From Magnetococcales bacterium (GTDB lineage: Bacteria > Pseudomonadota > Magnetococcia > Magnetococcales > JADFWU01), in contig JADFWU010000016.1 of the NCBI GenBank assembly GCA_015234045.1, positions 239 through 64,238 of the forward strand: DNA of 64,000 nucleotides, given 5' to 3'. Both the position numbers and the translations under genes were made by a program. The notes under the pieces are model-generated. The model did not search any database. It had not been told where the DNA came from and saw only the letters and a program-made list of their open reading frames with translations. How positions within the stretch are numbered: position 1 is the stretch's first letter; each line of letters opens with the position of its first letter. Below are positions 62,001 to 64,000 of this stretch, one piece after another.

Positions 62001-64000
62001 GGCACCATTGACAGCAGTAGTCTGAATGCCTCCGTCTCGGCCACAGATGACGCTGCCAACACCGCCACCACCACCGCTGATAGCAGTAATTTAACCCTGG
62101 ATAATCAAGAACCCTCAGTCAACTCGGTGAGCGTGCCCAGCGATGGCACATATGTTGCCGATGACACCCTGGATTTTACCGTAAACTTTGACGAAGCAGT
62201 CACGGTTGATACAGGTAGCGGCACGCCAACCATCAGCTTTGATCTTGGCGGCTCTACAAAATCAGCCGCCTATCTCAGCGGTTCCACTACCACGGCATTG
62301 GTATTCCGCTACACCGTAATCAGTGACGATATTGACTTGGATGGTATTACTGCACCCACAGCGATCACGTTGAATTCCGGCACCATTCAGGACGACAAAG
62401 GCAATGATGCCAGCACCAGCCTGACCAGCGTGGGCAGTACCACCAACGTCCTGGTGGACGCAGTCGCGCCAACATTCAACAGCGCTGGTTCCACGCCCAA
62501 TGATGGTGATTCAGGGGTCGCCATTGCCGATGATATTATCGTTGATTTCAGCGAAGACATCGCCGCTGGCACTGGAAACATCACCCTCTATAACGTGACC
62601 GACAGCACCACTACCGAAACCTATGACATCTCCGGCGCAGGCTCCGGCACATCACCCACAGCGGGCACCATCTCGATAAGTAGCGATAAACTCTATATTG
62701 ATCCCACCAGCACTCTGAGTGCCGGCAAGCAGTACAGCATCCAAGTAGCCACCACCGCCATCGAGGATACCGCAGGCAACAGCTTTGCCGGAATTACCGA
62801 CACCACCACCTTAAATTTCTATACCATCCCACTGGTCACCCTCTCTGCATCACCGACAAGCACCAGTGAGAACGGCGGCACGTCCACCATCACCGCCACC
62901 TTGAACCAAACATCCAGCAGCACTGTCACCATCAATCTATCCACAAGCGGCACAGCCACAGACAGCGGCACCGATTATTCGCTCTCATCCAACAGCATCA
63001 CCATCACCGCAGGCAACACCACCGGCACCACCACCCTGACCGGCGTTGATGATGCTGCCTCCGAGGGCGATGAAACCGCTATCATTGATATCAATACGGT
63101 GACCAATGGTGCAGAAAGCGGCACCCAATCCGTCACCATCACCCTGACCGATGATGACAATACAGCCCCTGAAGTTGATCTGGATACCAGCAGTGGCGGT
63201 GTGGATTATTCAGTCACCTTCACCGAAGGCGGCGGCAACATCGATATCGCCAACAGCAGTAATTTGGACGTCACTGACGCGGATACCGACACCATCGCCA
63301 CCGTCATCATCTCCCTGACCAATGATCAGGATGGTGCCAGCGAATATCTGACCTCCACAGTCAACAATGGTAATGTCACTGTGTCCAATAACGACAGTGA
63401 TACCATCACCCTCACTGATGCCGGAAGCGCCTCCTATGCCGACTTTGAAGCGGTATTGGATGGTATTCAGTATGTCAACAGCACCACCACACCGGACACC
63501 ACGACCCGCACAGTAACCGTGGTCGCCAACGATGGTACCACCGATGGCAGTGCAGCTACCGCATCAATTACCGTGGATGCCCTGCCCGTAGTCAGTTCCG
63601 TGTCCGTACCCTCTGACGCAACCTACAAATCTGGTGACACACTTGATTTTACTGTAACATTCAGCGAATCCGTCATCGTTGACACCAGCAGCGGCACACC
63701 CTATTTTGAACTCACAGTTGGTTCGTCCACCGTCAATGCCAGCTATAATGGCAGCGATGACGACAACAGCACCACACATGCCTTCCGCTATACCGTCACA
63801 TCCACCGACCTGGATAGCGATGGCATCGCCGTAGGCAGTGCCATTAACGTTAATAGCGGCACCATCCAGGATGCCAACAGCAACAGCCTGACCACCACAT
63901 TGAACAGCGTAGCCAGCACCACCAGTGTTCTTGTAGACGGTGTAGCACCAACAATAAGCGACATTACATCATCGAAAACCGATGGCAGCTATAAAGCTGG
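59031..64000 (+). CDS. Giant LEPRxLL / DUF4347 repetitive surface protein, 3'-incomplete (over 1650 aa in window), missing from the ORF track
   Basis: ATG 59031 after AGGA; spot-checked in one frame at the start, within the repeats and at the window end. [17 protein letters not shown]...IHILSHG...DILLYGC...[11 protein letters not shown].TG...GNW.LE; then Thr/Ser/Asp-rich Ig-like tandem repeats and a Calx-beta-like unit. Confidence 0.92.
   Translation, partial: [1656 protein letters not shown]
60350..62100 (+). repeat. Intragenic tandem repeats of the giant adhesin
   Basis: Two ~370-bp near-identical units (PTV.[40 protein letters not shown]) followed by three ~335-bp units (VTDGN.[24 protein letters not shown]). 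Boundaries approximate. Confidence 0.85.

Noticed and set aside
59150-63779. Multiple short minus-strand ORFs, some near-identical to each other
   Set aside because: Antisense shadows of the repeats of the giant plus-strand gene.

Overview
Bacterial chromosomal window. The gene style suggests a marine proteobacterium, possibly Magnetococcia; this is inference only. Housekeeping genes (hisI, hisE, HIT, thrC, mutT-like, argJ, maeB) are interleaved with accessory loci: an intact IS1380 with CTAG target duplication, several short MITE-like repeat families, secreted acidic/Ig-like proteins, a 2258-aa RCC1-Ig-cyclophilin protein, two-component and c-di-GMP signalling genes, an arsR-GAPDH-arsJ arsenate operon and a small glycan cluster. 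The top candidates for new biology are: (1) a locus at 54.8-64 kb with three tail-collar paralogues, a GNAT, a DUF6916-like protein, a sulfotransferase and a giant LEPRxLL/DUF4347 repeat protein absent from the ORF track; (2) a HisE-PilZ fusion; (3) a secreted-protein gene split by a C11 tract that shares an unrecognised Cys-containing domain with its 872-aa acidic neighbour. No rRNA, tRNA or CRISPR array was seen. All family calls are by-eye motif recognition, not database searches.
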